A stretch of 64,000 nucleotides of DNA, from NCBI GenBank assembly GCA_964509195.1, contig CAZDWJ010000008.1, positions 61,190-125,189 of the forward strand, given 5' to 3'. The position numbers and the translations under genes are program-made. The DNA is from an uncultured Leptospira sp. Lineage in GTDB: Bacteria > Spirochaetota > UBA4802 > UB4802. This document shows positions 20,289 through 29,616 of this stretch, piece by piece; within the stretch, counting starts at the first letter, position 1, and every line of letters starts with the position of its first letter. The notes beneath the pieces were generated by a model that saw nothing but the letters and a program-made list of their open reading frames with translations, had not been told where the DNA came from and searched no databases.

Positions 20289-21503
20289 TTAAAACGCCAC
20301 AGCTGTTTTAATGGCTTTATGTAATCCTTTGTTGCTATTTACCTCAATCATTTCTCTGTACAGTTCAATACTGAATGTATGGGTTACCATAGATTCAATA
20401 TCAGGCATTTTTTTCATAAGCTCAATGGCTTTTTCAAAGATATGTTTTTGTTTTCCTGCTTCCTTTACGTAGCCATATCCATATACGCCTTTGACAGTAA
20501 TAAGTTTTAACCACAGCGGTGTTGGATCAAAAGAAAGCTTGGCAGTGATACCAACAAGGCTTACTGTACCCCCGGCACGTGTAATATTTATGGCTTTAGC
20601 AAAAGTTTTTGTTGAGCCAACCGTGTCAAATACTTTATCAAAACCACCTTGCATGATATGTGGACCCATCATGGGTTTATATATTTTTCCTTTTGTAAGT
20701 TCAACTATCTGCGTTTCATTATCTATCACTGTATTTGCCCCGTATTCTAATGCCTTTTCTCTGTGGAATAAAGAAGGCTCCATAATCGCTATGGTAGATC
20801 TAATATTTAATGCTCTCAGTGCTCGAATGAGCATAAGTCCAATAACACCGCAGCCAATGATACATATGCGGTCAGAATTTTGTGGTTTATTATCATAGAT
20901 TGCCTGCAGAGCCACACTTAATGGCTCAGTAAGCACTGCTGCTTTATCGCTGATTGTAGCAGAAACTACAAAAAGCTGTGCGCGGTGTGCAGGCAGATAC
21001 TGCGCAAAGCCGCCGTTGACTTCTTTACAAATTCCAGTAAACATCCCTGGGGCAATACTGCCTTTAGCAAAGTTTTCGCAGTTTGCAGGCCTGCCATTTT
21101 TACACGCCTGGCATAGCGGTTGCTGTCGCACAACACAGGAAAGCATGGGATTTACTACCACACGCTGCCCTTTTTTTAAACCGGTGCCTCCTGGCTCTTC
21201 AATAGTACCACACACCTCATGACCAATCACGCATGGAAATGATGTAAATGGTGAGGCCATGGGCGAGTCATGAAGCTGTATCAGGTTATAATCACTTCCA
21301 CAAAAGCCACAATAGGTGACTTTAACAATGGCCCAGTTTGTATCAAGAGGCTTTGGTGCAGGAATATCTACAAGTTTGAGTGTGCCAAGTTGGCTTTTAT
21401 AGAACACAGATTTTGAAAATGCACCAAGTGTTTTGAGCGCTATCCATTGTGGGACAGTTACATTGAATTGCAGTGCTTTCATATTTTCACATTCATCAAT
21501 CAA
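20289..21503 (-). CDS. zinc-dependent medium-chain dehydrogenase/reductase (MDR alcohol dehydrogenase family)
   Basis: GHEVCGTIEE (the GHE zinc-ligand motif), structural-zinc Cys cluster (CQACKNGRPANC), Rossmann motif IGCGVIGL. The listed start overlaps the upstream TPP-enzyme gene by 8 nt. An alternative ATG is at 21482. Confidence 0.8.
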   Translation of the reverse strand: MIDECENMKALQFNVTVPQWIALKTLGAFSKSVFYKSQLGTLKLVDIPAPKPLDTNWAIVKVTYCGFCGSDYNLIQLHDSPMASPFTSFPCVIGHEVCGTIEEPGGTGLKKGQRVVVNPMLSCVVRQQPLCQACKNGRPANCENFAKGSIAPGMFTGICKEVNGGFAQYLPAHRAQLFVVSATISDKAAVLTEPLSVALQAIYDNKPQNSDRICIIGCGVIGLMLIRALRALNIRSTIAIMEPSLFHREKALEYGANTVIDNETQIVELTKGKIYKPMMGPHIMQGGFDKVFDTVGSTKTFAKAINITRAGGTVSLVGITAKLSFDPTPLWLKLITVKGVYGYGYVKEAGKQKHIFEKAIELMKKMPDIESMVTHTFSIELYREMIEVNSNKGLHKAIKTAVAF

Positions 21504-23151
21504 ATTTCAGCGACTGATAAAAAAGTGGCGTTGCCGGGCTTGTCACTGTCGGATCTGTTAAGACATTTACACATGCTGGTTTGCCGCTTTCCTTTGCACG
21601 GATGAGCGCTGGTGCTATCGCCTCATCCTTATCAACAAATTCGCCATAACAACCCATTCCTTCTACAACCTTTTCGTAGCGGCGAATGCCAAGCTCAGCA
21701 CAGGTCACGCGCTCTTTGCCAATTGAAAGCTCCTGGCTGTGTTTGATCATGCCCCACGCACAGTCATTGTTCACAATGCAGGTAAATGGGATATTATGGC
21801 GCACCGCTGTGTCAAATTCAAATCCGTTAAATCCAAATGAGCCATCGCCTGATAGTACCACCACCTGCTTATTCGGATGAATTAGCTTTGCAGCAATGCC
21901 AAAGGGCACCCCCGCACCAAGGCATCCAAGAAGTCCTGCCGATTGTGATATAACACCTGCTTTGTGTTTAGATTGAAATCCTACCAGGCCAAAGTATGTG
22001 GTATCACCACCATCTACCACATACAGAGCGTCGGTGCCAAACACTTCCTGAATCTTTGCAACCAGCCTGATTGGATGAATTGGATCAGAGGAATTCTGTC
22101 TAAGTTTTATTTCACTGTCAATAAATGCGTATCCTGCCTGAGTCAGCATATCAAGCCACTGTGTATGATCTTTTTGTTCAACAAGTGGCAGTAATGCTTT
22201 GAGTGCTGCGCCTGCATCGCCGTAAAGTCCCACATCAGCTTTTCGGTTGCGGTTGATCTCAGTTGGTTCAATGTCAATGCGTATAACTTTTGTGGTTGGC
22301 GGAATTATTGCCCCCGACTGAAAGAGCCAGTTGAAGCGGATACCGGTCGCAACAATGACATCAGCCTGTGATAGTGTCATCATGAGTCCTACGTTGCCAA
22401 TATTCCATATTGATTGGGGATGATTATCAGGAAGCACTCCGCGTCCACCATTGAGCAAAATAAACGGTATGCCGGTTTTTTCTACAAAAGCCTGTAGTTC
22501 CAGCGCACAGTTGCTATATCCTATACCTGAGCCACCAATAAAAAGTGGCTTTTTAGCAGTGTTGATAATATCAGCAGCTGTGTAAAGGCCTGCCATATCT
22601 GGCACAGGCTTGCAATTATCATAACTTATCTCAAATTCAAAATCATCAACCGACCTGCCCAACACATCTGGCGGCAGTTCTAAAAATACTGGACCTGGCC
22701 TGCCACATGTTGCGTGTCTAAATGCTAAGTCTAAATATTCTGGAATGCGCTTTGTATCATAACAGGTAGCGCACCATTTCACAATGGGCTTTACCACATC
22801 AACCTGATTCATCTCCTGCAGTGCGCCTTTGTGGTCATCACGCAGTGGATGACGTCCGCACAGCACCACAACTGGTGCATTATCTAAATACGCATTTGCA
22901 ATGCCGGTAATGCCGTTGGTAAAACCTGGACCTGCGGTTAGAAAACATACTCCGGGATTTCCGGTATACACTGCCACAGCATGCGCCATCATCACTGCAG
23001 CTTGTTCATGGCGTACATCAATCGACCTTATACCATACTGCTGCAACCCGTCTAACAGCGCTTCAATATGCCCACCTGATATGCCAAATGCAAATTGCAC
23101 ATCACGCTTTGACAAATACTTCCCTATCAAATGGCCACCATTTATAGCCAT
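21496..23151 (-). CDS. thiamine-pyrophosphate enzyme of the 2-hydroxyacyl-CoA lyase / oxalyl-CoA decarboxylase family
   Basis: 551 aa. Blocks remembered from human HACL1 are matched: GVLPDNHPQS (HACL GVVPDNHPYC), QADVIVATGIRFNWL (FADVIVLFGARLNWI), and the TPP motif LSGDGSFGFNGFEFDTAVRHNIPFTCIVNN ([29 protein letters not shown]). Confidence 0.8.
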   Translation of the reverse strand: MAINGGHLIGKYLSKRDVQFAFGISGGHIEALLDGLQQYGIRSIDVRHEQAAVMMAHAVAVYTGNPGVCFLTAGPGFTNGITGIANAYLDNAPVVVLCGRHPLRDDHKGALQEMNQVDVVKPIVKWCATCYDTKRIPEYLDLAFRHATCGRPGPVFLELPPDVLGRSVDDFEFEISYDNCKPVPDMAGLYTAADIINTAKKPLFIGGSGIGYSNCALELQAFVEKTGIPFILLNGGRGVLPDNHPQSIWNIGNVGLMMTLSQADVIVATGIRFNWLFQSGAIIPPTTKVIRIDIEPTEINRNRKADVGLYGDAGAALKALLPLVEQKDHTQWLDMLTQAGYAFIDSEIKLRQNSSDPIHPIRLVAKIQEVFGTDALYVVDGGDTTYFGLVGFQSKHKAGVISQSAGLLGCLGAGVPFGIAAKLIHPNKQVVVLSGDGSFGFNGFEFDTAVRHNIPFTCIVNNDCAWGMIKHSQELSIGKERVTCAELGIRRYEKVVEGMGCYGEFVDKDEAIAPALIRAKESGKPACVNVLTDPTVTSPATPLFYQSLKFD

Positions 23152-23163
23152 AATTCCTCCTGT

Positions 23164-23529
23164 TTATTTTTTGTTTTTATTAAGGGCGATAGTTACTGCA
23201 TCATTAAACCACTGTATAAAAAAAGCCATTCCCTCAACATGAAGGTTGCCTGCTGCTGCCGCATAAAACGATGCTTCTTGAGTTCCATCTTTCAACACAT
23301 TGAATGCGGTTTTTGCATCTGAAAACACCAGCGCAGCATCATAGTGTGCAAGACGCCGCGTTGAAGAGACCACCCCTTTGTTGAAAATGAATGTGCGGCC
23401 TTTGTTGTTTTTTGTTTTTATTGCAATTTTAACATTTACTGTTCCAATGTAGCGCTTAAATGCATTATTGTATTTTGATGCAAATTTTAAGGCCAGTCCC
23501 AGTATGCGAAGTAAGAGAGCGAACCTCAT
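23164..23529 (-). CDS. SCP2 sterol/lipid-carrier domain protein
   Basis: 121 aa. Layout (GRTFIFNKGVVSS...DAALVFSDAKTAFNVLKDG...AAAGNLHVEGMAFFIQ) follows SCP2 domains (ADCT..sd.df..l..Gkl....f..GKLKI.G.M). 12 nt upstream of the TPP-enzyme gene on the same strand. Confidence 0.55.
   Translation of the reverse strand: MRFALLLRILGLALKFASKYNNAFKRYIGTVNVKIAIKTKNNKGRTFIFNKGVVSSTRRLAHYDAALVFSDAKTAFNVLKDGTQEASFYAAAAGNLHVEGMAFFIQWFNDAVTIALNKNKK
23183..23201. repeat. copy of the AGGGCGATAGTTACTGCAT 19-mer (core GGCGATAGTTAC)
   Basis: Identical 19-mer also at 57655-57673. The core 10-mer CGATAGTTAC or its complement also occurs at 33462, 51483, 25625, 43030 and 7669. Confidence 0.5.
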
Positions 23530-23711
23530 TGTACTATCCTTTTATATTTTAAAAATGACAAATACACCTGCAAATGTATAATGAGTTTTGCTATTTTGTA
23601 AATTATTTTTTTTACATATGCTGAAAAAATATGCTTGCGATAAATGCATTTATAGTGTATTATATGTAGAATCTGGAAAAAGCATATAACGCACATAAGA
23701 GGTGATTGACC

Positions 23712-24059
23712 ATGCTTACTGTTTCGGTTAACCAGCTAGGAGATGTTGTAGTAATTGATATAGCAGGTGAGTTTGATATTGATGTAATACGGGATGTAGA
23801 GCAAGCATGGAGCCAGGCATTGAGCAAAAATCCAAAAGTAATAGGATTCAATTGCCTGGAATTAAAATTTATTGATTCATCAGCATTAGGCACTCTGGTT
23901 AAATTTATGAATAGTGCAACAAATAGAAAAATAACATTTACTCTTTTTAATATTTCACCACCAATTGCAACAATTTTTAAAACATCAAAACTGGATAAAT
24001 TTTTCTCAATTAATTCAAAAGAGGATTTTGAGAATAAATATCTTTCTATAAGCAAATAA
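23712..24059 (+). CDS. STAS domain anti-sigma factor antagonist (SpoIIAA-like)
   Basis: 115 aa. MLTVSVNQLGDVVVIDIAGEFD...KFIDSSALGTLVKF is the typical STAS layout. RBS AAGAGGTGA 6 nt before the ATG at 23712. Confidence 0.7.
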   Translation: MLTVSVNQLGDVVVIDIAGEFDIDVIRDVEQAWSQALSKNPKVIGFNCLELKFIDSSALGTLVKFMNSATNRKITFTLFNISPPIATIFKTSKLDKFFSINSKEDFENKYLSISK

Positions 24060-24313
24060 CGGGAATGCAAATTAAGTAAAAAACTTGCAAAATAAACCTA
24101 CCATTTTAGAAATATCTTTGTATGACACAATTTTCATTTAGCGCTATTACTCCCGCTAAAGAGTCAGTCATTTTATGGATACATCAAAAACTGCTTTCAT
24201 TCTGACTTTTAAAATTAAAGAAAGCAATTTTTGCATTTATATGTGTCCATACGGGAACATTCTTAAAATTATTTTTTAGAAGTTCCATTATAATATAAAA
24301 TGGAGGATAGATA

Positions 24314-25510
24314 ATGGCAGACAATGATGTTGTAGTTGTATCGGCATGCAGAACACCAATTGGGAGTTTTGGACAATCGCTTAAGGATGTAAAAGCGTAT
24401 GAGCTTGCTGCACTGGTAATGAAAGAAGCATTACAGCGTGCAGGTATTGAAGGTAGTGCGCTGTCAGATGTTATCTTTGGTAATTGCTTAATGGGATCTG
24501 ATGAGGCTAATGTGGCACGCACTGCTGCATTAAAAGCTGGTATACCTGTAGAGGTGCCTGCAACATCGGTGCAGCGACAGTGTGCTTCAGGTATGACTGC
24601 AGTGGTATTTGGCTCTCAGCAGCTTATTGCAGGGGATTCTGATATTGTACTGGTTGGAGGCGTTGAGTCAATGTCAAATGCTCCCTATGTGTTATGGAAA
24701 GCACGATGGGGACTTCGGCTTACACATTCTGAACTTACCGATGCTATGTGGGAATTGCTCCATTCCGGAAGCGGGCTTTTAGGTGAGCCCTATATTATGG
24801 GACAGACTGCTGAAAATCTGGCGGAAAAATATACTATATCACGTGAAGAACAGGATCAGGTAGCGTATGAAAGCCATAAAAAGGCAGCTGCAGCTATTGA
24901 TTCAGGAAGATTTAAGGATGAGATAGTTCCTGTCCCCATACCGCAGAAAAAAGGGGAACCTAAACTATTTGAAAACGATGAACATGTACGCCGTGATGTA
25001 ACACTGGAGAGCCTGGCAGCATTAAAACCCGCCTTTAAAAAGAATGGCACGGTGACAGCAGGCAATGCATCAGGAATTAATGATGGCGCTGCTGCACTGG
25101 TACTTACCACAGCCAAACGCGCACAGGAGTTGGGAGTAAAACCGTTAGCGCGTATTGCTGCAAATGCTTTTGCAGGTGTAGAGCCACATCTTATGGGATA
25201 TGGCCCTGTACCGGCAGTGACAAAGCTTCTTAAAAAAACCGGAAAAAAATTAGATGACATAAACCTGATTGAACTCAATGAAGCATTTGCTGCGCAGTAT
25301 CTTGCCTGTGAGAAGGGATTAGGGCTTGACCGCAGCAAAGTGAATGTGAACGGTTCGGGCATTGCGCTGGGGCATCCTGTTGGATGTACCGGTGCACGAA
25401 TAATTGTTTCGCTCATATATGAACTAAAGAAGCGCAATGCTCAATGGGGGATTGCAACTTTGTGTGTTGGCGGAGGAATGGGCGGTGCAGTACTTGTAGA
25501 GAATATATAG
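24314..25510 (+). CDS. acetyl-CoA C-acetyltransferase (thiolase II)
   Basis: 398 aa. VVVVSACRTPIGSFGQSLKDV N-terminus with active-site Cys, C-terminal GIALGHPVGCTGARI and CVGGGMG motifs. Confidence 0.9.
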   Translation: MADNDVVVVSACRTPIGSFGQSLKDVKAYELAALVMKEALQRAGIEGSALSDVIFGNCLMGSDEANVARTAALKAGIPVEVPATSVQRQCASGMTAVVFGSQQLIAGDSDIVLVGGVESMSNAPYVLWKARWGLRLTHSELTDAMWELLHSGSGLLGEPYIMGQTAENLAEKYTISREEQDQVAYESHKKAAAAIDSGRFKDEIVPVPIPQKKGEPKLFENDEHVRRDVTLESLAALKPAFKKNGTVTAGNASGINDGAAALVLTTAKRAQELGVKPLARIAANAFAGVEPHLMGYGPVPAVTKLLKKTGKKLDDINLIELNEAFAAQYLACEKGLGLDRSKVNVNGSGIALGHPVGCTGARIIVSLIYELKKRNAQWGIATLCVGGGMGGAVLVENI

Positions 25511-25558
25511 TTTGCTCCTTATGCTAGATTTGCTAATAGTACCAAACTCTATTTAGCA

Positions 25559-25598
25559 AAGAGCAAAACATTCACAGGGTGGTTATACACCCTGTGAA
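25559..25598 (+). terminator. rho-independent terminator of the thiolase gene
   Basis: CATTCACAGGGTG-GTTATA-CACCCTGTGAATG (13-bp perfect stem) followed by GTATTTTT. Confidence 0.75.
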
Positions 25599-25735
25599 TG
25601 GTATTTTTCCGGCAATGATTGAGGGTAACTATCGCCAAAACTGCCATAAAAAACTGAAAATATATAAAAGAATGATACATTTTTTACTATCATAATCCCG
25701 TATAATCAAAACCATTTATGTAAAAGGATACTGTT

Positions 25736-26995
25736 ATGGGCATGACAATTACTGAAAAAATATTAGCTGCACATGCCGGGAAGGAATATGTTGAGCCAGG
25801 CGAACTGATTGAAGCTAAAGTTGATCTTGTATTGGGAAATGATATTACTGCTCCTATAGCAATAAAAGAATTTGAAGAGTTAGGAATTGATAAAGTTTTT
25901 GATAATGAAAAAATAGCACTCATCCCTGACCACTTTACTCCCAATAAAGATATTAAATCTGCTGAGCAGGTTAAAATATTACGGGAATTTGCAAGAAAAT
26001 ACAGTATCATCCATTTTTATGATGTAGGAAGAGTGGGCGTTGAGCATGCACTGCTGCCTGAACTTGGCCTGGTACGGCCAGGTATGTGTATTATTGGTGC
26101 TGATTCGCATACGTGTACCTATGGCGCATTTGGTGCGTTTTCAACCGGTGTTGGCTCAACCGATATGGCTGCTGCAATGGCAACCGGCAAAACCTGGTTT
26201 AAGGTGCCTGAGTCAATCAAATTTGTTGTGTATGGAAAACTGCAACCGTATGTTTCGGCAAAGGATATCATTTTGCATATTATTGGCAGCATTGGCGTTG
26301 ATGGTGCTTTATATAAATCTATGGAATTTACCGGTGAGACAATCCATGAGCTATCAATGGAAGGCAGGATGACCATTGCCAATATGGCGATAGAAGCTGG
26401 TGCTAAAAATGGTATTTTTGCGCCTGATGGTAAGACTATTGAGTATATAAAAAGTCGTACAGGACTGCCGTATACGCTATATTACAGTGATGAAAATGCA
26501 CGATACAGCGATGTAAAAGAATACGATGCATCCACAATAGAACCAACAGTATCATTCCCCCATCTGCCAGAAAATACAAAACCTGCGCGCGAGTCAGGAG
26601 TACCAATTGACCAGGTGGTTATTGGCTCATGTACCAATGGACGTATAGAGGATTTACGGGTGGCAGCTAAGATTCTGAAAGGGCGAAAAGTCCATAAAGA
26701 TGTGCGTTTGCTCATCATCCCTGCTACTCAGGAAGTGTATCGCAAAGCGTTAGAAGAAGGATTGATTGATATCTTTATTGAAGCCGAAGCCGCTGTGTCA
26801 GCTCCTACCTGCGGTCCCTGTCTGGGTGGTCATATGGGAATTTTAGCTGAAGGTGAACGGTGTGTAGCTACAACCAACAGAAACTTTGTTGGCAGAATGG
26901 GTCATCCAAAAAGCGAAGTGTATCTGGCAAGCCCTGCGGTGGCGGCAGCATCTGCGATTTTAGGAAGGATTGCTCATCCAGATGAAGTGAAGTAA
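25736..26995 (+). CDS. leuC: 3-isopropylmalate/(R)-citramalate/homoaconitate dehydratase large subunit (short archaeal-type aconitase-family LeuC)
   Basis: 419 aa. [14 protein letters not shown]-terminus and Fe-S ligand cysteines ([11 protein letters not shown]; [12 protein letters not shown]). Exact substrate is not assignable from sequence. Confidence 0.8.
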   Translation: MGMTITEKILAAHAGKEYVEPGELIEAKVDLVLGNDITAPIAIKEFEELGIDKVFDNEKIALIPDHFTPNKDIKSAEQVKILREFARKYSIIHFYDVGRVGVEHALLPELGLVRPGMCIIGADSHTCTYGAFGAFSTGVGSTDMAAAMATGKTWFKVPESIKFVVYGKLQPYVSAKDIILHIIGSIGVDGALYKSMEFTGETIHELSMEGRMTIANMAIEAGAKNGIFAPDGKTIEYIKSRTGLPYTLYYSDENARYSDVKEYDASTIEPTVSFPHLPENTKPARESGVPIDQVVIGSCTNGRIEDLRVAAKILKGRKVHKDVRLLIIPATQEVYRKALEEGLIDIFIEAEAAVSAPTCGPCLGGHMGILAEGERCVATTNRNFVGRMGHPKSEVYLASPAVAAASAILGRIAHPDEVK

Positions 26996-27020
26996 AAAGA
27001 GCTATCGCCAAAAAATAACG

Positions 27021-27527
27021 ATGAGGTATAGTATGAAGGCATACGGAAAAGTATGGAAATTTGGCAACGATGTAAATACCGATGAGATAATACCTGCACG
27101 ATATCTTAACACATCAGATCCTGATGAGCTTGCACAGCACTGCATGGAAGATGCTGATCCTGAATTTATGAAAAAGGCTAAGGCTGGTGATATTATCGTT
27201 GCTGGGAAAAATTTTGGGTGTGGCTCTTCACGTGAGCATGCTCCCATTGCTATAAAAGCTGCAAAGATATCATGCGTTATTGCCGAGTCGTTTGCGCGCA
27301 TATTTTACCGAAACAGCATCAACATTGGGCTTCCCATCATTGAGTCAGAAGAAGCGGCACGTGACATAGCTGAAGGCGATGAGATTGAAATTGATTTTGA
27401 CTCAGGGGTTATTAAAAATATTACAAAGAACAAAGAATATAAAGCTAAACCATTTCCACCATTTATGCAGGATATTATTGCAAAAGGTGGGCTTATGGCC
27501 AAGGTTAAAGCTGAACTAAAAAAATAG
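27021..27527 (+). CDS. leuD: dehydratase small subunit (short LeuD type)
   Basis: 168 aa. [21 protein letters not shown] and [14 protein letters not shown] motifs. Confidence 0.8.
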   Translation: MRYSMKAYGKVWKFGNDVNTDEIIPARYLNTSDPDELAQHCMEDADPEFMKKAKAGDIIVAGKNFGCGSSREHAPIAIKAAKISCVIAESFARIFYRNSINIGLPIIESEEAARDIAEGDEIEIDFDSGVIKNITKNKEYKAKPFPPFMQDIIAKGGLMAKVKAELKK

Positions 27528-27528
27528 A

Positions 27529-29616
27529 TTACCGAACCTGCTTTATATTTTTGCCATCAAAGATATCTTTCCCTTGTGCTCTAAACGGGATTATATACCA
27601 TCTGCCTTTTTTATATTTTGCCAATTGAAGCAAAGCAGGGTTTGGTAAATCCTGTATAAAATTAGAACTGAATTCCAGTGATATGGCTACATCACTTTCA
27701 TCATGACGGTTGTACTGGCCATTCAATTTAAGTCGTATCTCAGGTGCATTAAATATAAATGAATTGATGGTGATGGCAGGACCGTTAAGATTAAAATTAC
27801 CATATATTTTTTGAAACTCTAAATTAGCTAGTTTATATTTTAAATCCTGAAGCCATACGCTAAGACCATTCTGTAAGCCAGTGTTAGCTAGTTTACCGTT
27901 TTCTACTGAAACCTCAATCTTTCCGTTTATTCTATCAATAATAGGATCTTTTGGTTCGATAGTTACCTGTAATTGGCCTGATACATTACCAAAAAGGCGA
28001 TTTTCATACTCTTTAAGATACGCACTGATATTCTGCAATCGTAAGTTATTATATTTAGCAACAAGTGTTATTTGCGGATTATCTTGTGAGAGTGTGATAA
28101 CACTTCTACCGGTGACATCTCCTCCAAAAACTCTGGCCGTAAATGATGGTAGCGCAATAATATTTTTTGACATTGTGTAATTGCAGTTAACTTTTTCTAT
28201 CACAAGCTGATCTTTATACAATTTTTGCAAAACCAGTTTGCCCGATAGTTCATAAGGGATGTTTATTTCTTTTTTTGATTTTGCAGGTTGTTCAGGTTTT
28301 TTGGTAAGTATTTTATCCAGGTCAACTTCATCTGCTTCAATGTTTATGGTAAACTTTTTTAGCGAAGAATCTACTGTTGATACTGATATGACACAGGGCA
28401 CAGAATATACTGTTACCTGTATGCCATCTTTCTGGAACTGGTTGTTTTTGACAATAAGGCTTGTTTCCTTTAAAGCTATAATAGCATCTTTTTGGCCTAT
28501 AGAAATATTTGATAGCGTTACATCGGCATCAATTACGTTATTTTTATATTCAAAATTTCCATTTATTTCGCCTGAAATATCGCTTACATCAATATTGCCA
28601 AGTAGTGGAGCTATCTCTCTGATTCTAATTGATGCGTCATTGACTTTGATATTTTTAATATCACCATCAAAGTTAAATAATAACTGGTTTACAACAAAGG
28701 TTGAATTTTCTATTTTTCCTTTTGCGTTGGCGATTGTTACTGTTTCTTTGTTGATATTCACGGTACAGAATAGATTGCTTACAAAAAGCATAGAATTGTT
28801 GCTAAGCTTGCAGCTCCCTGTTACAGTTCCCTGAACACTGTTTTTTGTTATCACCAGATTATGTATTGTTCCTGTGAATATGCGGTAGGGCAGTATGCTT
28901 TCAAGATTATTGCCCCAGCGATATACCCATATAAGGTCACAGTTGTGTAACGATACATTGCCATGAATGCTATAGTCTTTTGAAGTTTTAATTAAGCAAT
29001 CACCAGAGATTTTTCCTCTGTTTTGTGGAAGTATGATCGACAGGTTTTTCAATTCTATATCGTCATCATTCAGCTCTACATTGGTATCTATACTGTATGT
29101 GCCTTCCAGTGGCTCGAGTTCTTTTGGTGGGTTTTGCAGGATGACTGTTGTATTATTAAATAATAGTGATTTGATCTCAGTGGTTATAGTAGATTTTTCA
29201 GCTGATAATAGTTCTTTGATAAGCTTTTCAAGGTTAGATGTTGTAAGTTTGTTTTCAGTATAATAAAGTATATTGATAACAGCATCATTGAGTGAGATAT
29301 AATTGATAATAAATTGTTTTTGCAATAAAGGTGCAAGCTGAAACCTGATTGCGGCATCTTTTGAATGTGCAATAAATGGCTTATTTTCGTCTGTGTCAAA
29401 AATATATAATTCAGTTAATTGGACACCTTTAATACTGTAATCTATTGCTCCTATTTTTACAGGCCTATGTAAAGCATCCTGCAAGGTTTGCACAATTATA
29501 GATTTCAATGTTTCTTTTGGGAAGAAATAGGTAAACGCTGCTGCAAAGGCAACAATCAGTAAGATAACAATAGAAAGAACTATCGCACTGTATTTAACTA
29601 CTCTTGCTGGCTTCAC
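27529..29616 (-). CDS. AsmA-family protein (large periplasmic beta-rich protein with N-terminal membrane anchor)
   Basis: 695 aa. N-terminal TM helix (YSAIVLSIVILLIVAFAAAFTYFF), a long repetitive beta-rich region, and an AsmA_2-like C-terminal end. Overlaps the upstream gene by 23 nt. Confidence 0.55.
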   Translation of the reverse strand: MKPARVVKYSAIVLSIVILLIVAFAAAFTYFFPKETLKSIIVQTLQDALHRPVKIGAIDYSIKGVQLTELYIFDTDENKPFIAHSKDAAIRFQLAPLLQKQFIINYISLNDAVINILYYTENKLTTSNLEKLIKELLSAEKSTITTEIKSLLFNNTTVILQNPPKELEPLEGTYSIDTNVELNDDDIELKNLSIILPQNRGKISGDCLIKTSKDYSIHGNVSLHNCDLIWVYRWGNNLESILPYRIFTGTIHNLVITKNSVQGTVTGSCKLSNNSMLFVSNLFCTVNINKETVTIANAKGKIENSTFVVNQLLFNFDGDIKNIKVNDASIRIREIAPLLGNIDVSDISGEINGNFEYKNNVIDADVTLSNISIGQKDAIIALKETSLIVKNNQFQKDGIQVTVYSVPCVISVSTVDSSLKKFTINIEADEVDLDKILTKKPEQPAKSKKEINIPYELSGKLVLQKLYKDQLVIEKVNCNYTMSKNIIALPSFTARVFGGDVTGRSVITLSQDNPQITLVAKYNNLRLQNISAYLKEYENRLFGNVSGQLQVTIEPKDPIIDRINGKIEVSVENGKLANTGLQNGLSVWLQDLKYKLANLEFQKIYGNFNLNGPAITINSFIFNAPEIRLKLNGQYNRHDESDVAISLEFSSNFIQDLPNPALLQLAKYKKGRWYIIPFRAQGKDIFDGKNIKQVR

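Noticed and set aside
23183-23201. Interpreting the identical 19-mer at 23183 and 57655 as protein-level homology (both can encode AVTIAL on the minus strand)
   Set aside because: Identity is exact at the nucleotide level over 19 nt and only 6 residues at the protein level, with no extended similarity on either side. A DNA-level repeat is more parsimonious.
24856-25437. Numerous antisense or alternative-frame ORFs of 60-190 aa inside well-supported genes (for example 24856-25437 opposite the thiolase gene, 16043-16273 opposite the glycosyltransferase gene, 28259-28834 opposite the AsmA-family gene, 58571-59098 opposite the acyl-CoA dehydrogenase gene)
   Set aside because: They are low-complexity or Ser/Thr/Pro-rich translations typical of shadow frames opposite genuine coding regions. 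None has a start context, a motif or an independent position.
25611-25735. T-box or attenuator leader upstream of leuC (and upstream of glyS at 2773-2810)
   Set aside because: The spacers are only about 125 nt and about 35 nt, too short for a T-box, and no specifier or antiterminator features were found. Only the GGGTAACTATCGCC motif copy is notable and is reported separately.
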